Of a DNA stretch of 64,000 nt, positions 25,641-38,226 are shown piece after piece. The stretch lies in the NCBI RefSeq assembly GCF_006345805.1, contig NC_043002.1, positions 71,362,001 to 71,426,000 of the forward strand, given 5' to 3'. Within the stretch, counting starts at the first letter, position 1; every line of letters begins with the position of its first letter. The notes under the pieces are model-generated. The model was not told the DNA's origin, ran no database searches, and worked only from the letters and a program-made list of their open reading frames with translations. Source of the stretch: Octopus sinensis. Taxonomy: Eukaryota. A program made the position numbers and the translations under genes.

Positions 25641-26458
25641 TGCAGATGACATTACAGATTAAAGTAGAAGAACATGTATGCTGAACTAATGAGACGACAG
25701 CAATCTTCCTGCTTATACTATGGATATAAAGTTTTCATTATAATTACTGGTACACTTACCTTGAAAGGAAGCATACACGTCATCAGGAAATTACAAATAC
25801 ATTAACTTCTTTGTAAGAAATGCGCAATTTATTTCAGAAGTTAGCGTGTAAGAAGTGTATATTTGTCATGACAAATATTCAGCCTTCCTAGCATATATTC
25901 ATTACCCGTTTCTTTCGCTTGTACTCTACTCGTAGTTATCTCCCCTACTGTTCTCTTAATCTCTCAGCCCCTGTCTCTCTGTCTTTGTATATGTGTGTGT
26001 TAGTGTGTGTGTGTGTGTGTTTTTCACATGCTTACACTCAGATACATACAAATATGAATGTTTAGAAGCATCGTACTTACATAGGGACACACATATACAA
26101 GACACACATATACAAAGACAGAGAGACAGGGGCAGAGAGATTAAGAGAACAGTAGGGGAGATAACTACGAGTAGAGTACAAGCGAAAGAAACGGGTAATG
26201 AATACATGCTAGGAAGGCTGAATATTTGTCATGACAAATATACACTTCTTACACGCTAACTTCTGAACTATATTGCGCATTTCTTACAAAGAAGTTAACG
26301 TATTTGTAATTTCCTGATGACGTGTATGCTTCCTCTCAAGGTAAGTGTACCAGTAATTATAATGAAAACTTTATATCCATAGTATAAGCAGGAAGACTGC
26401 TGTCGTCTCATTAGTTCAGCATACATGTTCTTCTACTCTAATCTGTAATGTCATCGCA
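25641..26458. repeat. Long inverted repeat (~360-bp arms, ~100-bp spacer)
   Basis: Manual alignment of 25641-26000 against the reverse complement of 26102-26458 gives 8 substitutions and 1 indel. Confidence 0.97.
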
Positions 26459-26472
26459 GAACTATATCTGTT

Positions 26473-27039
26473 CTGGGTTGTCCGGAAAGTTCGTGCCGAT
26501 TTTTAAAGGAAAGAAAAAGGTCCACAAATACATGCCATTACATTTTTAAAAAAACAAATGTGAGCCATTTTGATGCACAATGCGTCTCCATCTTTATTTT
26601 AACTTGAAAATACCCTCTTCCCAGAATTGAGGTGGTTTCATGGCAAAGAATTCATCAAGGTATCTTTTTACGTCATCCAAGGAATTGAAATTGTTGCCAT
26701 TAAGACTATTCTGCAGAGACCTGAATAAGCGGAAATCCGGAGGAGCAATATCTGGTGAATATGGAGTGTGGGGTAACTCATCCCAGCCGAGCTGCAGCAA
26801 TTTTTGTCTGGTTCCCAAAGATTCAGGTGCCGAAAATAAACTTTCTTATCTTCCATTTTAAGAGGGTTACAGAATTAACACAGGTTATAGGAACATAAAT
26901 TTTCTTCCACGAAAAGATAGCTTAAACTGTATACTAAATGGAGGTGTAGTCAAATGCTATTTTAAGGTCTCAACCATGTTCTAAAATAAATCGAAAATTA
27001 AGCTGCTATAAATCGGCACGAACTTCCTGGACAACCCAA
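26473..27039 (-). mobile_element. Internally deleted mariner (567 bp)
   Basis: ~30-bp TIRs (tgggttgtccggaaagttcgtgccgattt) with TA at the right end. N-terminal MEDKKVYFRH is fused to C-terminal TRQKLLQLGW...PYSPDIAPPDFRLFRSL. Confidence 0.95.
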
Positions 27040-27760
27040 TAGATTCGTATATGAGTAAAAATATTCCTAACGATCCACATATAAATGAAAGCGATGTTAG
27101 GACACATGTATACGCTTACACTCTGATACATACAAATATGAATGTTTATAAGCATCGTGCTTACATAGGGACAAACAAGTGTACATGCTCGAATGCTTAC
27201 TGTCCAAGTCGATGTTCGAATTTCAACGAAAGAACCATTTTCTGATTTAAAATATTGCTACTTCTCTCCTTATCAGGAATTAGATTAATTAGTACATATA
27301 CGGCAAGATAAGCAAGTGGCAGTAATGAGATTTAGACATGTAATTACTTCTGATATGAAAAGAGACTTTCATATTTAGAAGGAATTGAATGGCAACATAA
27401 AAGTATTTACATTTACTGAAGTTACTCAACATTATGTACCCATTGTAACTATATATAAATAAGTGAAACAACACATAGGTAGACGGATAGGTACCTAGAT
27501 AGATACATACATACATAAATGCATGTTTACATGCTTACTGTATTTTAGAGAGGAAACTGCCGTTTTGCAGCCGTATATAAATTATTGCATCGCGCGTGTT
27601 TGCTGTGCAGACAACTTCTCTTGATTGTTACTTTAGCAACGATATATATGTATGTGTGTGTTTTAATTGAAGTGCATAGTGTTATTTATACAATACGACC
27701 GAACGGACCAAATTGTTTCGCACTAGATGTTTAATGGAGTATTTCATAACAACCCGATTA

Positions 27761-27850
27761 TGCAACCCTGCACTCTCCAGAGATGGCAACTATGGAAAAA
27801 AATATGCCGACCATATATTCTTCCATAACTGCCATCTTCGAAGGGTGGCA
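27761..27850. repeat. Small hairpin/MITE relic
   Basis: agatggcaactatggaa and ttccataactgccatct are inverted (2 mismatches). Outer tgcaaccct/agggtggca are flanked by TA. Confidence 0.6.
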
Positions 27851-27940
27851 TACTTATTTAGTCAGCCGTTTGGTAGACTCGTCCGTATTGGATATATAAT
27901 ACTTTACACTTCGACTAATATATCCACTCTATTGAAAGCT

Positions 27941-28011
<71 letters not shown>

Positions 28012-28112
28012 TATATATATATAGATATATATATATATATAGATATATATATATATATAGATAGATAGATAGATAGATACATACATACATAATACATACA
28101 TACATACATACA

Positions 28113-28142
<30 letters not shown>

Positions 28143-28143
<1 letters not shown>

Positions 28144-28468
28144 GAGACCCTTCGGTCACGACACAGACCATGGGATTACACTTGGAAAGTTACCCTCCCA
28201 GGCACAAATCTGGGCAATGTTGTTAATGGAAGACCAGCAGTCACCCATGCATACCGGCCTCCCTTCTCCACGCCACCAGTGTTATCCAAGAGAAACGCAA
28301 CAGCAGATACAGCTTGGCACCTGTGACGTCGCAACTCATTTCTACAGCTGAGTGAACTTGAGCAACATGAAATAAATTGTCTTACTCAAGAACACAACAC
28401 GTAGCCCGGTCCTGGATTCGAGCTGACAACCTCACGATCGGAAGCTCGACGCTCTAACCTCTGAGCCA

Positions 28469-28472
<4 letters not shown>
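28143..28472 (-). mobile_element. SINE family C
   Basis: Reverse-complement head cgcatggctcagaggttagagcg...gctcgaatccagg. Matches 13495-13836. Confidence 0.9.
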
Positions 28473-28517
<45 letters not shown>

Positions 28518-29747
28518 TGTGTGTCTGTGTCTGTGTCTGTGTCTGTGTCTGTGTGTGCGTGTGTGTTTGTGTGTGTGTGTAGGCTTTCTAAGAATTCATT
28601 CGTAAGGAAAAATATGCACACGAATATTTGCCAATGGAATGGGTATATTCATTGAAGCGTACGGTATTACATATTTAATACGGCAGATCTTACCAAACAC
28701 CCAATTATGTAAACATGCATAATATATGTACATAGTTATTGTACATTTTTTTGTCTTTTTAGACACTTTTTTGTCTTTTTAGACATTTTTATTGTCTTTT
28801 TAGGCATATGGATTCAATAGGAGGAGAGGATTTCCAGTTCCCTCACTCCAGTCCCTTTTAGTCTCCTCTTACAACACGCAGCGAATAAGGATGAGAAGCG
28901 GAAGGTAATATATGCAAAGTAAGATAATACCGTAGTTTATTTAAATGTAAATTAGATTTTTAAAGAATATAAAATAGAAAAATCAACCAAATCTTTATGG
29001 CTAAGATTTTGTTGTAGCATCAACGAAGTGATTTATGAATCATAACTATCTTGTATAATATATGTGTGTGGGTGCGTATGTATGTGTACCTATGTGTAAG
29101 TTGCGTGCGTGTGTGTATTCAATGTTAGTATAACCGTTATATTTACATGCACTTTCTCAGTTACATATGGAATATTAAACACACAGGACATAAATTAATC
29201 CCGAAACACCTTAACGAACCAACAATATGCATTATTATATGTAAATTAATCGATATTATTAAAATGTTCACGGTACTCTGATCTCGGGTGTTAGTAATCG
29301 CACTCTTAATTCATACCAGCGAAAGAACGCTGGCAAGAGGCAGGCAAATAGCTTGAGTATGTGAACCAAAATTAACGCTTAACTTGAAAAATATAATTTT
29401 TTCTGCTTCAAAATGACATTTCACAGATTTTCCTGGTTATAAAGTGTTATTCAGCAAACACGTTCAACAGCATCACAAACAAATAAAACAAACAGAAGCA
29501 GAATAATTTGGTAACACAACACGTGAATAGTTATGTTAAAAATACATTAGTTGAAATGGCATTATTCTGGGAAAATATTTCGATAGTGTGTACCAGAAAA
29601 TCTCCAGATTTTATTTTAAAATGTTGGTACAAGAAAATAGAACTATTACATCTACCCTCGTTTATCATGTTTGTTTGGTTACTCAATAAAAGAAACACCA
29701 ATTTAAACTAATCAGTTATAAAGGAATAATACTCTTTTTTTTATTTC

Positions 29748-30146
29748 ACTCTTTTACTTCTTTCAGCCATTTGACTGTGGCCATGCTGGAGCACGGCCTT
29801 TAGTCGAGCAAATCGACCCCGGGACTTATTTTTTGTACGCCTAGTACTTATTCTATCGGTCTCATTTGCCGAACCGCTACATTACGAGGACGTGAATACA
29901 CCAGGATCTGTTGTCACGCGATGTTGGGGGAACAAACACAGACATACATACATATACACACACGTACACACACATACACACACACACACACATATGTATA
30001 CATATATACGACGGGCTTCTTTCTGTTTCCGTCTACCAAATCCACTCAGTAGAAGACACTTGCCCAAAGTGCCACGCAGTGGGACTGAACCTGGAACCAT
30101 GTGGTTGGTAAGCAAGCTACTCACCACACAGCCACTCCTACGCCTA
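29748..30146 (-). mobile_element. SINE family A, full-length
   Basis: Complete reverse-complement copy with an internal (CA)/(TA) tract. Confidence 0.92.
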
Positions 30147-30149
30147 TTC

Positions 30150-30480
30150 TATATATTTGAGATGTATAGGTTTCGTTCCATGATTTCATGTCCTCGGGGT
30201 ATTTTGAATATCCCGTCCAGTACGAGAGGAACCGCGGGATCAGAGCAACTTGCAGTGCAAGCAGAATGTCTGAATGACAGCTTCTGTCTTCATAGATCCA
30301 TTCGTGATAAGCATAACGTTGTTCACAATTTATGCAATTTTTTATCCCGAATCAGTGGTAAGTGAACCAGTAATAAACGAGCCTATATACATTGTAAATG
30401 ACTGATCCCAGTGTGTTGTTGTTTTCTTTGAATCATTCATCTATAGTAACAAATGTAGCCTCAAGTTGCCAGGTAGCGGA
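30150..30480 (-). pseudogene. Possible piggyBac-like transposase relic
   Basis: FVTIDE*...*FGIKNCINCEQRYAYHEWIY then GHEIMERNLYIS. The order resembles piggyBac IDE...(Y/F)GIK...Y...IY...G...DN.YTS. Confidence 0.4.
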
Positions 30481-33400
30481 ACTAAATCGGGTAATGTGTT
30501 ATGCTTACTGCCAAATAGGCCTTGGCTGGATTTGAAGCGAGAATACAAAGTGCCAAAACACTTACTGCAATTCATCCGGTTCCTTTCTTTCAGTTCCTCC
30601 AATCCTCGGCCCTGCATCTGTACGTCTTTTTATTGACCCCCACTCGCCCCCCAAAACAGATAAGATTATCCTCAGATGGATTTGAACACAGAAACTTTGT
30701 GATTAAGAGGAGATACTTCGAATGCAAATAATCTGTTCGATGATTTAACGAGCTGGTCAATTTTCCATCAGCAACAGCTGTTTCAAATTTTGGCATAAGA
30801 CCAGCATTTTTAGTGTAGGGGGTCACCAATTACATTGGACCCCAGTATGTATCTGGCACTTTATTTTATTCACCCGAAAAGCTGAATGGCAAAGTTGACC
30901 TCGACGATATTTCATGTGCGAAGGTATGTATATTAATTATACATTATTTTATATATTTCAATATATACTTATTTGTTGATTAGTGGAGTAATGAATGCCG
31001 CCATAGAACATTTCGGAGCCAAGGCCAGAATGTATTTCAGAAATTATGTACTCCGATAAATGCAGCCAGGAGTTTGACAGTTTGGAATAATGTACGCAGT
31101 TGAAATACAAAAGCATCGCTAAAATATAACTATGTGATTGAATCAGCAGACAGTTCCGTACAGTTGCTGTCATTTAATCTCCAGTCAGTCGTGACAGACC
31201 TGATCTACGTTCAAAAACGTTTCAGGCCTGACGGAATGTGATGAAAGGCCTCTTGCCGTGACTATGTCCAATACATAATAATAAGAACAATATAGTATGC
31301 CCATCCCAGTTTTTAAACCTGCATACTTTTATTTGACAAAGCTTTTACTGCTGGTGATTACAGAGTCTTTATACTCATATTCCCATCCCAATCTCTTTAA
31401 TTGACTGGTTTCGAAAGTTTGACACATCTATGGATAAACAGCGCTTTATGATCGTCCAAATATCCAACTTACTGGACCACAAATGGGTATATTTGCAGTG
31501 GTCTGCAGTGGACCCAGCCATTATGTACAGCATACATAGGACTGTCAAATGAGCGCTTTGCAAGCTGAAACATTGAATTCACTCTCAATACTTCTCTTGT
31601 TAAAGGATAATAAACATATACTCTACAAAACTGAGTAATCTCTCAGTTTGCTGTAAAATTGTTTTTACTATAACAAAAAAGTAAATATTAATATGTGTGT
31701 GTATGTGAGAGAGGTGTGTGTAATACATGTATAAGGTGTGTGTTTGCTAGTGAGAAGGCTTAGTAACGGCAAACAAAAAAATAACATTTCTGCAGTACAG
31801 ATTTTCCTTTCGCATTTCTAAGCCAGAAAAATCTAACCAACTAAAAGGAAATTATTCGGTAAGAAATATTTTATATTATTCAACGTGGTCGCCATCTTGA
31901 TCAAGGATTGTGTACATGTTTTCTATCATATTCAATTCACTTTTCCAACGTACCTTTGATTCAGACGTATATTGAAAGAACTTGAATTTGTCATAATTTT
32001 ATAAGTGAGATACAGACTAATTATCATGAGAAATACCACTGAGATATATACGAATATTGAATGGTAAGTCTACAGGTTGTGGTAAAAATGACATCTATAT
32101 AAAACATTAAATAGATCTGAAACTTGAATCTATACTTTATTTTGAAGACTAATACTGAAGCGAGGGTGAATAAAATGTGTCATTCTGTACATCTATAAAC
32201 ACAGTAGTGATGTTAAACAGCAAAAAATTCGAACTTTATCTAATAATTTATTTTTGAGCAATAATTACCTCTAAACCTACAGGGAAATATAAATCATTTA
32301 ACCTGCCAGAAGACACCATCTGAATAATACAAATAATAGAAGAAATAGTGTATGTATTCATACACAGACACCCACACACACGCATATATATATATATATA
32401 TATATGCGTGTGTGTATACATATATATGTGTGTGTATATGTGTGATTGTGTGTGTGGGCCTGTGCATGCGCAAATATACACATGTAAATACAAGTGCGTG
32501 TATGTATAAAGATTTATATGTATGTATATATGTGTGTGTATCTATATATATGTTTATATATAGATAAACGCACACAGAAGTTTTGAGTGGGTGCATGCAT
32601 GTGTGTATGTGTATGTGTGTATGTTTGTATGTGTGTATGTGTGCATGTGTGTGTGTGTGTGTATGTGTGTATGTGTGCGTGTGTGTGTGTGTGTGTGGTG
32701 TGTGTGTGTGTGTGTGTGTGTGTGAAATTTAAAGTCATGCCATCAGAATCCAACAAATATTTTAGAAATACTATACAATGCTCAAACATTAGCCATGTTC
32801 ATCAAGTGCAGAATTCTTGAGGGAGAAAAATCAATATAATCCGAATTTCTTCAAATCCAGTTTATACCGACCAGTCTCCTTTATGGTGGGCATGCAAATT
32901 GCTTTACATGTTTAAGGAAATGAAAGAGAAAATAGACAAATGATTGTCAACTTGTGTGTTGAAGCAGCTTCGAGCAACTGGAAACTTGTAATTTGTTCTC
33001 TAGTTTTGGTTTTGTTTTCGCATCTTAATTCTTGATTTCAACATCTCTGAGAAGGAATTAAATTTATCTTATTTGTGAAAATACTGCCCGAAATGAAATA
33101 CTGATAATTTTCAATACCTGCTAATGAAATTTCATACATAACAAAGAAGATAAAATGTTTTGCTCACATGTGTTTTGTCTTCGTAACGACGCGAAGAATA
33201 TAATTTGGTATTCGTAAAACCTTTCAGAACTGCGGCTATTTTGTCGATAATGGTATTTATAATTCTACATGGGACTGAGCTTGTTGTTTTATACTATGCA
33301 TGTCAAAGGCAGTATCACAACAATTATACTTGATGGATGAATACCTTATTTGAGTTAACTGTAAAGTACAACTCTTAGATGTTTCCATAAATTCATACTT

Positions 33401-34611
33401 CCAGGATTCATATAACAAGCTAACGATAATAATCATATTCCGATTTTGCTTCCTTATAATGACCTACGTTTATTTTACAAACTCGTGTTTATGATCAAAA
33501 GCTTGTAACTTCTTTGTTAAAACATTCATGAATAATATTTTGAATCGCTAAATCATTGGGTTTGATGTAGTTAGTTCATTGTTATCATTTATTACCAACT
33601 AAACCTTTCTATGTTATATATTATTATTTATTAGCTACCACAACAATTTACTACAGCCCGCAGCAGAAAATTTACTATCACACGATAGCCAGCGATCAAA
33701 GAACAAGTACTTCTGAAACTAGGCATGAAATCTCAAGTGTTTTGAGATGAAATAAGAAGTTGTAACATATATATATTTCTCTGAGGTATTAGCTATGCAT
33801 ATTCTAGGTAATAAAAGAAGCCTGTCTCTACTGGCGATTACGTTATGCAGATAATTATTATATTTAGGAGTAGTTTGTCGCAAAAAATACATTAACCAGA
33901 TTGATTTCTTACTGAATTAAGAGGTTTTATATTGTAATAAGGGAGAGAGAGAATGGTCTGTGAAAGCAAGAGGAACATTGCCAAACGAAAATAATTTGTA
34001 CTTCAATTTAGTCTTAATTTACTAAAAAGCTTATTAGAAACGTTACTTTCTTTCCCCCTTTCGTTCCCTCTCTGTCTCTCCGCATCTCTTTCGGTATATA
34101 CTTATACAACTATAAATGTGCATATATATATATATATAAATATAAACATATACATAGGTATACATACATATTTACAGACATACACAAACACATACATACA
34201 CATATAATCACACATTCAATAACACACACATAGATGTACGTATGTATGTATGTATGTATTATGTATGTATGATTGTATATAAGTGCAATACGTCATGCAG
34301 ATAAATCCCATCGTGTAATCTACGCAAATTTAAATGGCACTTATTTCGTAAAAAAACACTTATTTCGTAAAAAGCTACCCAATTTAAACTCAGAGCGCAA
34401 AGAGAAATATATAAAGAGTGCTAGGTATTTCGTATTTTATCAGTTGATCTAAAGATTCTGCCGCTTCACCGCGGTTATGAATTATAATTTATGTATCCCA
34501 ATCCAATTATATCGTTCTTCATCTCCGTTTCTCTGACAAATGGTTTACCTGATAGCTACATAACCATTTTGAGTAGAGCAATATATTAATTAGTATAATA
34601 ATGTAATATAA

Positions 34612-34800
34612 GGCGGCAAGTAGGCGGAACCACCAGCATGCCACACAAAATTCTCTTAACAGCATTTTCGTTCGTGTTCTCATTCTGAGTTCAAATACTG
34701 CCGAACTCGACTTAACCTCTAGTATACGATAAAATGGGTATCAGATGACAGCACTGGAGCTCGATGTAATCTACTTCTCTGCCCCTTCGGGATTTGTGCA
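34612..34800 (+). mobile_element. SINE family B, diverged
   Basis: ggcggcaagtaggcggaa...ctgagttcaaatactgccgaactcgac. Confidence 0.75.
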
Positions 34801-34995
34801 AAAATAAGAAAAGAATATAATAAAGTAAAATACTGCAACATTACTCATGACATAAAGTGATACTTTTGTATGTTAATATGATGCTCTCTATTTCTCAAGA
34901 AACCACCAGAGAACAATGTTCCTATATGACTTAACTGTGTTCGGAAAATCCACCAACAGAAAAAATTGTAATCATAAACTTTCACTAGAAACGGA

Positions 34996-35097
<102 letters not shown>

Positions 35098-35274
35098 ATA
35101 GACTTTCTCACCTTCCCGAGCGTTTTTCTGTAATTTTCAACTATATATATATAATAAAACAGAAAATATGTTTCCTATATTTCTACCCGTGTGGAATAAA
35201 ATAACTTATATATATATATATATATGTGCGTGTGTGTGTGTATGTGTGTGACCCTGTGTGTGTGTGTGTGTGTG

Positions 35275-35432
35275 TAGTTGCGTGGTTAGAAGCTTGCTTC
35301 CCAACCACATGGGGCCGGGTTCAGTCCCACTGCGTGGCATCTTGGGCAAGTGTCTTTTACTATAGCCTCGGGGGCCCGGTCTAAACCTTGTGAGAGAATT
35401 TGGTAGACAGAAACTGAAAAGAAATCCGATGA

Positions 35433-35491
<59 letters not shown>

Positions 35492-35690
35492 TTGAGTGTC
35501 TGAGTTTGTCCACCAATCCGTCAATTGATACCGATGTTGGTGTGTTTACGTCCCCGTAACGTAGCAGTTCGGCAAAAGAGATCGATAGAATAAGTACTAG
35601 GCTTACAGAGAATAAATCCTGAGGTCAATTTGCTCGACTAAGGGCAGTGTTCCCGCATGGCCGCAGTTAAACGACTGAAACAAGTAAAAA
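35275..35690 (+). mobile_element. SINE family A, full-length
   Basis: Head, (TA)n, 3' module and tail are present. Confidence 0.92.
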
Positions 35691-35774
35691 AAAATACGTA
35701 TATATTGCTTTATTGCCCACGGGGGTCTAAACATAGAGGGGACATACAAGGACAAAGGGATTAAGTCAACACAT

Positions 35775-37420
35775 TGTGAATTTTCTCATTGTGAAGATCT
35801 GTTTAGTGATTTCGGTTGTTTGTGGCTTTTCCTTTAATTTGGGGTCCTTATGTAGCATTGGTAAATTTTGAGTGATGATGGTGAAGGCTTCTTTGTTTCT
35901 GGGGTTGTATGTGGATATGTACGTCAGTATTTTCGTGGAAGGTGTGTTGCTGTGTTGAACTTTTCTTAAGGTTTCTAAGTGGATTTAAGTTGCACGTCTG
36001 ATCCCATCCTCTATGAGTTGAACTTAGGTAGTGTCAGTCAATTAGGATGTTTTTTCGTTCTTGCATCTAAAGTCTCTGGTATTTTGTTCTGACTCAATTG
36101 TGCATATCCTTCTTGCAAGGTTGAAGGAGCTGTTTATTTTGGTGTGTCTCGGGTGGCATGAATTAAATAGTAGATATTGTTTGGTGTCTGTAGTTTTTTA
36201 AAATATGTCTATTTCTATTTTTAGGTTTATCTTTTTAATTAGTATATCTAAGAATGGGAGCTCCTTTTGATTGTACTTCATTGTGAACTGTTTGGGTTGA
36301 CGCTTATGAATAGTCTTTTGAATTTCAGGTGTTTATCTGTGTTTTCATTCCAGAGTATGAAACAGTCGTCTAGAAATCTTTTCCAATTTCCTTTTATGTT
36401 TTGGGAAAGGGGCTCTCCAAAGGTAGATAAAGATTCCTGGTATATGATTATTTCTAGGTAGCCCATTTTTAGGTTAGCAATGACAGGGGCTGCCCTAGTG
36501 TCTATAGCAATTCCGGATTTTTGTTGGTAAAACCTATTGTCAAACGTAGAGTGGTTGTTTCGTGTGATGAATTCAACCGATTTGGTTATGAATTCTTTAC
36601 TGATCCTTTTTGTCATTTCTTCCTGAAATCAATTGGTCCAGTCAGAACTGAATTACCTCTAGCCAATAATTATGAGGTATACTGGTGTATAAATTAATGA
36701 CATCAAATGAAATCATGATTGTTTCTTCCTTGATTTTTGGGGGAGATTATCTAACATATCTGATATGACTATTGATGTGTTTAAAGAAGGGTTTCAGGAG
36801 GATGTCCATAAATAGACATAGTCTTTGTGTTTCACAGGCTGGGCCAGCTATAATGGGTCGTAGTTTTAGGTTCCCTGTATGTATGTATGTCTTTGGTGAT
36901 TTCTAATGGTTTCATTTATAATCTGGCTTTTGTGGATTTTTGGTAGAAAGTCAATTTCTTTGGTTATCAGTTCTTTTCCATGGATTTTAATTAGTTTTCA
37001 TTAATTTTGCGGGATGTAGTTCGTGATTTTTTCGTAATGTTGAGTTTCATGGAAATTACTAGATTTATATAGTATAATGTGTCTACTATTACAACTGCAC
37101 TTCCTTTATCTGCTCCCTTAATCGTTATATTTTCATCATTTTGAAGTTCTGTCAGTTCCTTCCATGGTGTAGTGCTAAAGTTTTAGTTAACTGCCTGTTT
37201 ATGCATGGTGTAGTAGGGAAAGATCTCAATGTGGTTGCAGAATTCATCAAGATTTATATTTCTTCCTTTGTGGGAAATGTGCTTACTTTGGTTTTTGACT
37301 AGTAAGTCATTGTCAGTATTCTAATTGGTTAATGCTTCTGTGAGTCTTAATTTTTTACAAAATTCTTTTATACTGTCCTTCACTTCCTTTTGCTTGGCTC
37401 TGAAGGTTTTTCACTCTTTT
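35775..37420 (-). mobile_element. Penelope-like element reverse transcriptase pseudogene
   Basis: RPIIAGPACETQRL; NNHSTFDNRFYQQKSGIA...APVIANLKMGYLE; WKRFLDDCFILW; LPFLDILI; KQYLLFNSCHPRHTK...NLARRICTI. Frameshifted, and the GIY-YIG end is missing. Confidence 0.92.
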
Positions 37421-37469
37421 TTTGTCGTTTATAAATCCAACCACGTACTTTCACATACCAACTCTCTCA

Positions 37470-37506
<37 letters not shown>

Positions 37507-37859
37507 TTATGTATGTATTGTAAATTTCTATTAATACTTTACTTCAGAGGTAAATAATGGAGTTTTATCACATTTGTCCATTGTAATGATGCTTCCACTA
37601 ATATTGAGAGTAATATTTAAGAACCTGTGTTAATTCTACATAGATCTACAGATGTAATACTTGGACAATTAAAATAGTCAGCGTTTTGTTCGGGAGTAAC
37701 TGAGTGTTTCGGATCTAAAAACATAAACTCTCGTTCAGGCAACCTGCCTAACTTGGTCTAGCCTAAGCCAGAATACAAACGGAATGATACGGAACCCACC
37801 TCTCACACTGTTGAACCAGGGAACACTCTTTGCTTTCTCAGCAGCCTCTAAAAATCTAT

Positions 37860-38085
37860 ATTTATTTCTTTATTAGCCACAGGAGGCTAAACATAGAGGA
37901 GACAAACAAGGACAGACAAAAGGATTAAGTCGATTACATCGACCCCAGTGCGTAACTGTCACTTATTTAATCGAGCCCGAAAGGATGAAAGGCTAAGTCG
38001 AACTCAGCGGAATTTGAACTCAGAACGTAACGGCAGACGAAATACTGCTAAGCATTTCGCCCGGCTTGTTAACGATTCTGCCTAT
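37860..38085 (-). mobile_element. SINE family B, near full-length
   Basis: Matches 61790-62057 in reverse. Confidence 0.93.
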
Positions 38086-38226
38086 TGCCACCCATCTGAA
38101 AATCTAGATTGCCTTCAAATTCTGAAATAGAATTATACTGATGCAAGAGAAATATCTTATATGTCCCATATGTTCCAATGACAGTCAGGAGGAAATATAT
38201 ATAAATAAGAAAATACGTTAAATCTA

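Noticed and set aside
28741-30357. Apparent two-exon + strand model (28804-28904 after three tandem ttttgtctttttag acceptors; 30170-30357 ending at GTAAGT) with compatible phase
   Set aside because: The peptide resembles nothing I recognise, and both segments are better explained as minus-strand transposon relics. It needs spliced reads to revive.
34338-34375. cacttatttcgtaaaaa present twice in tandem
   Set aside because: Simple slippage duplication.
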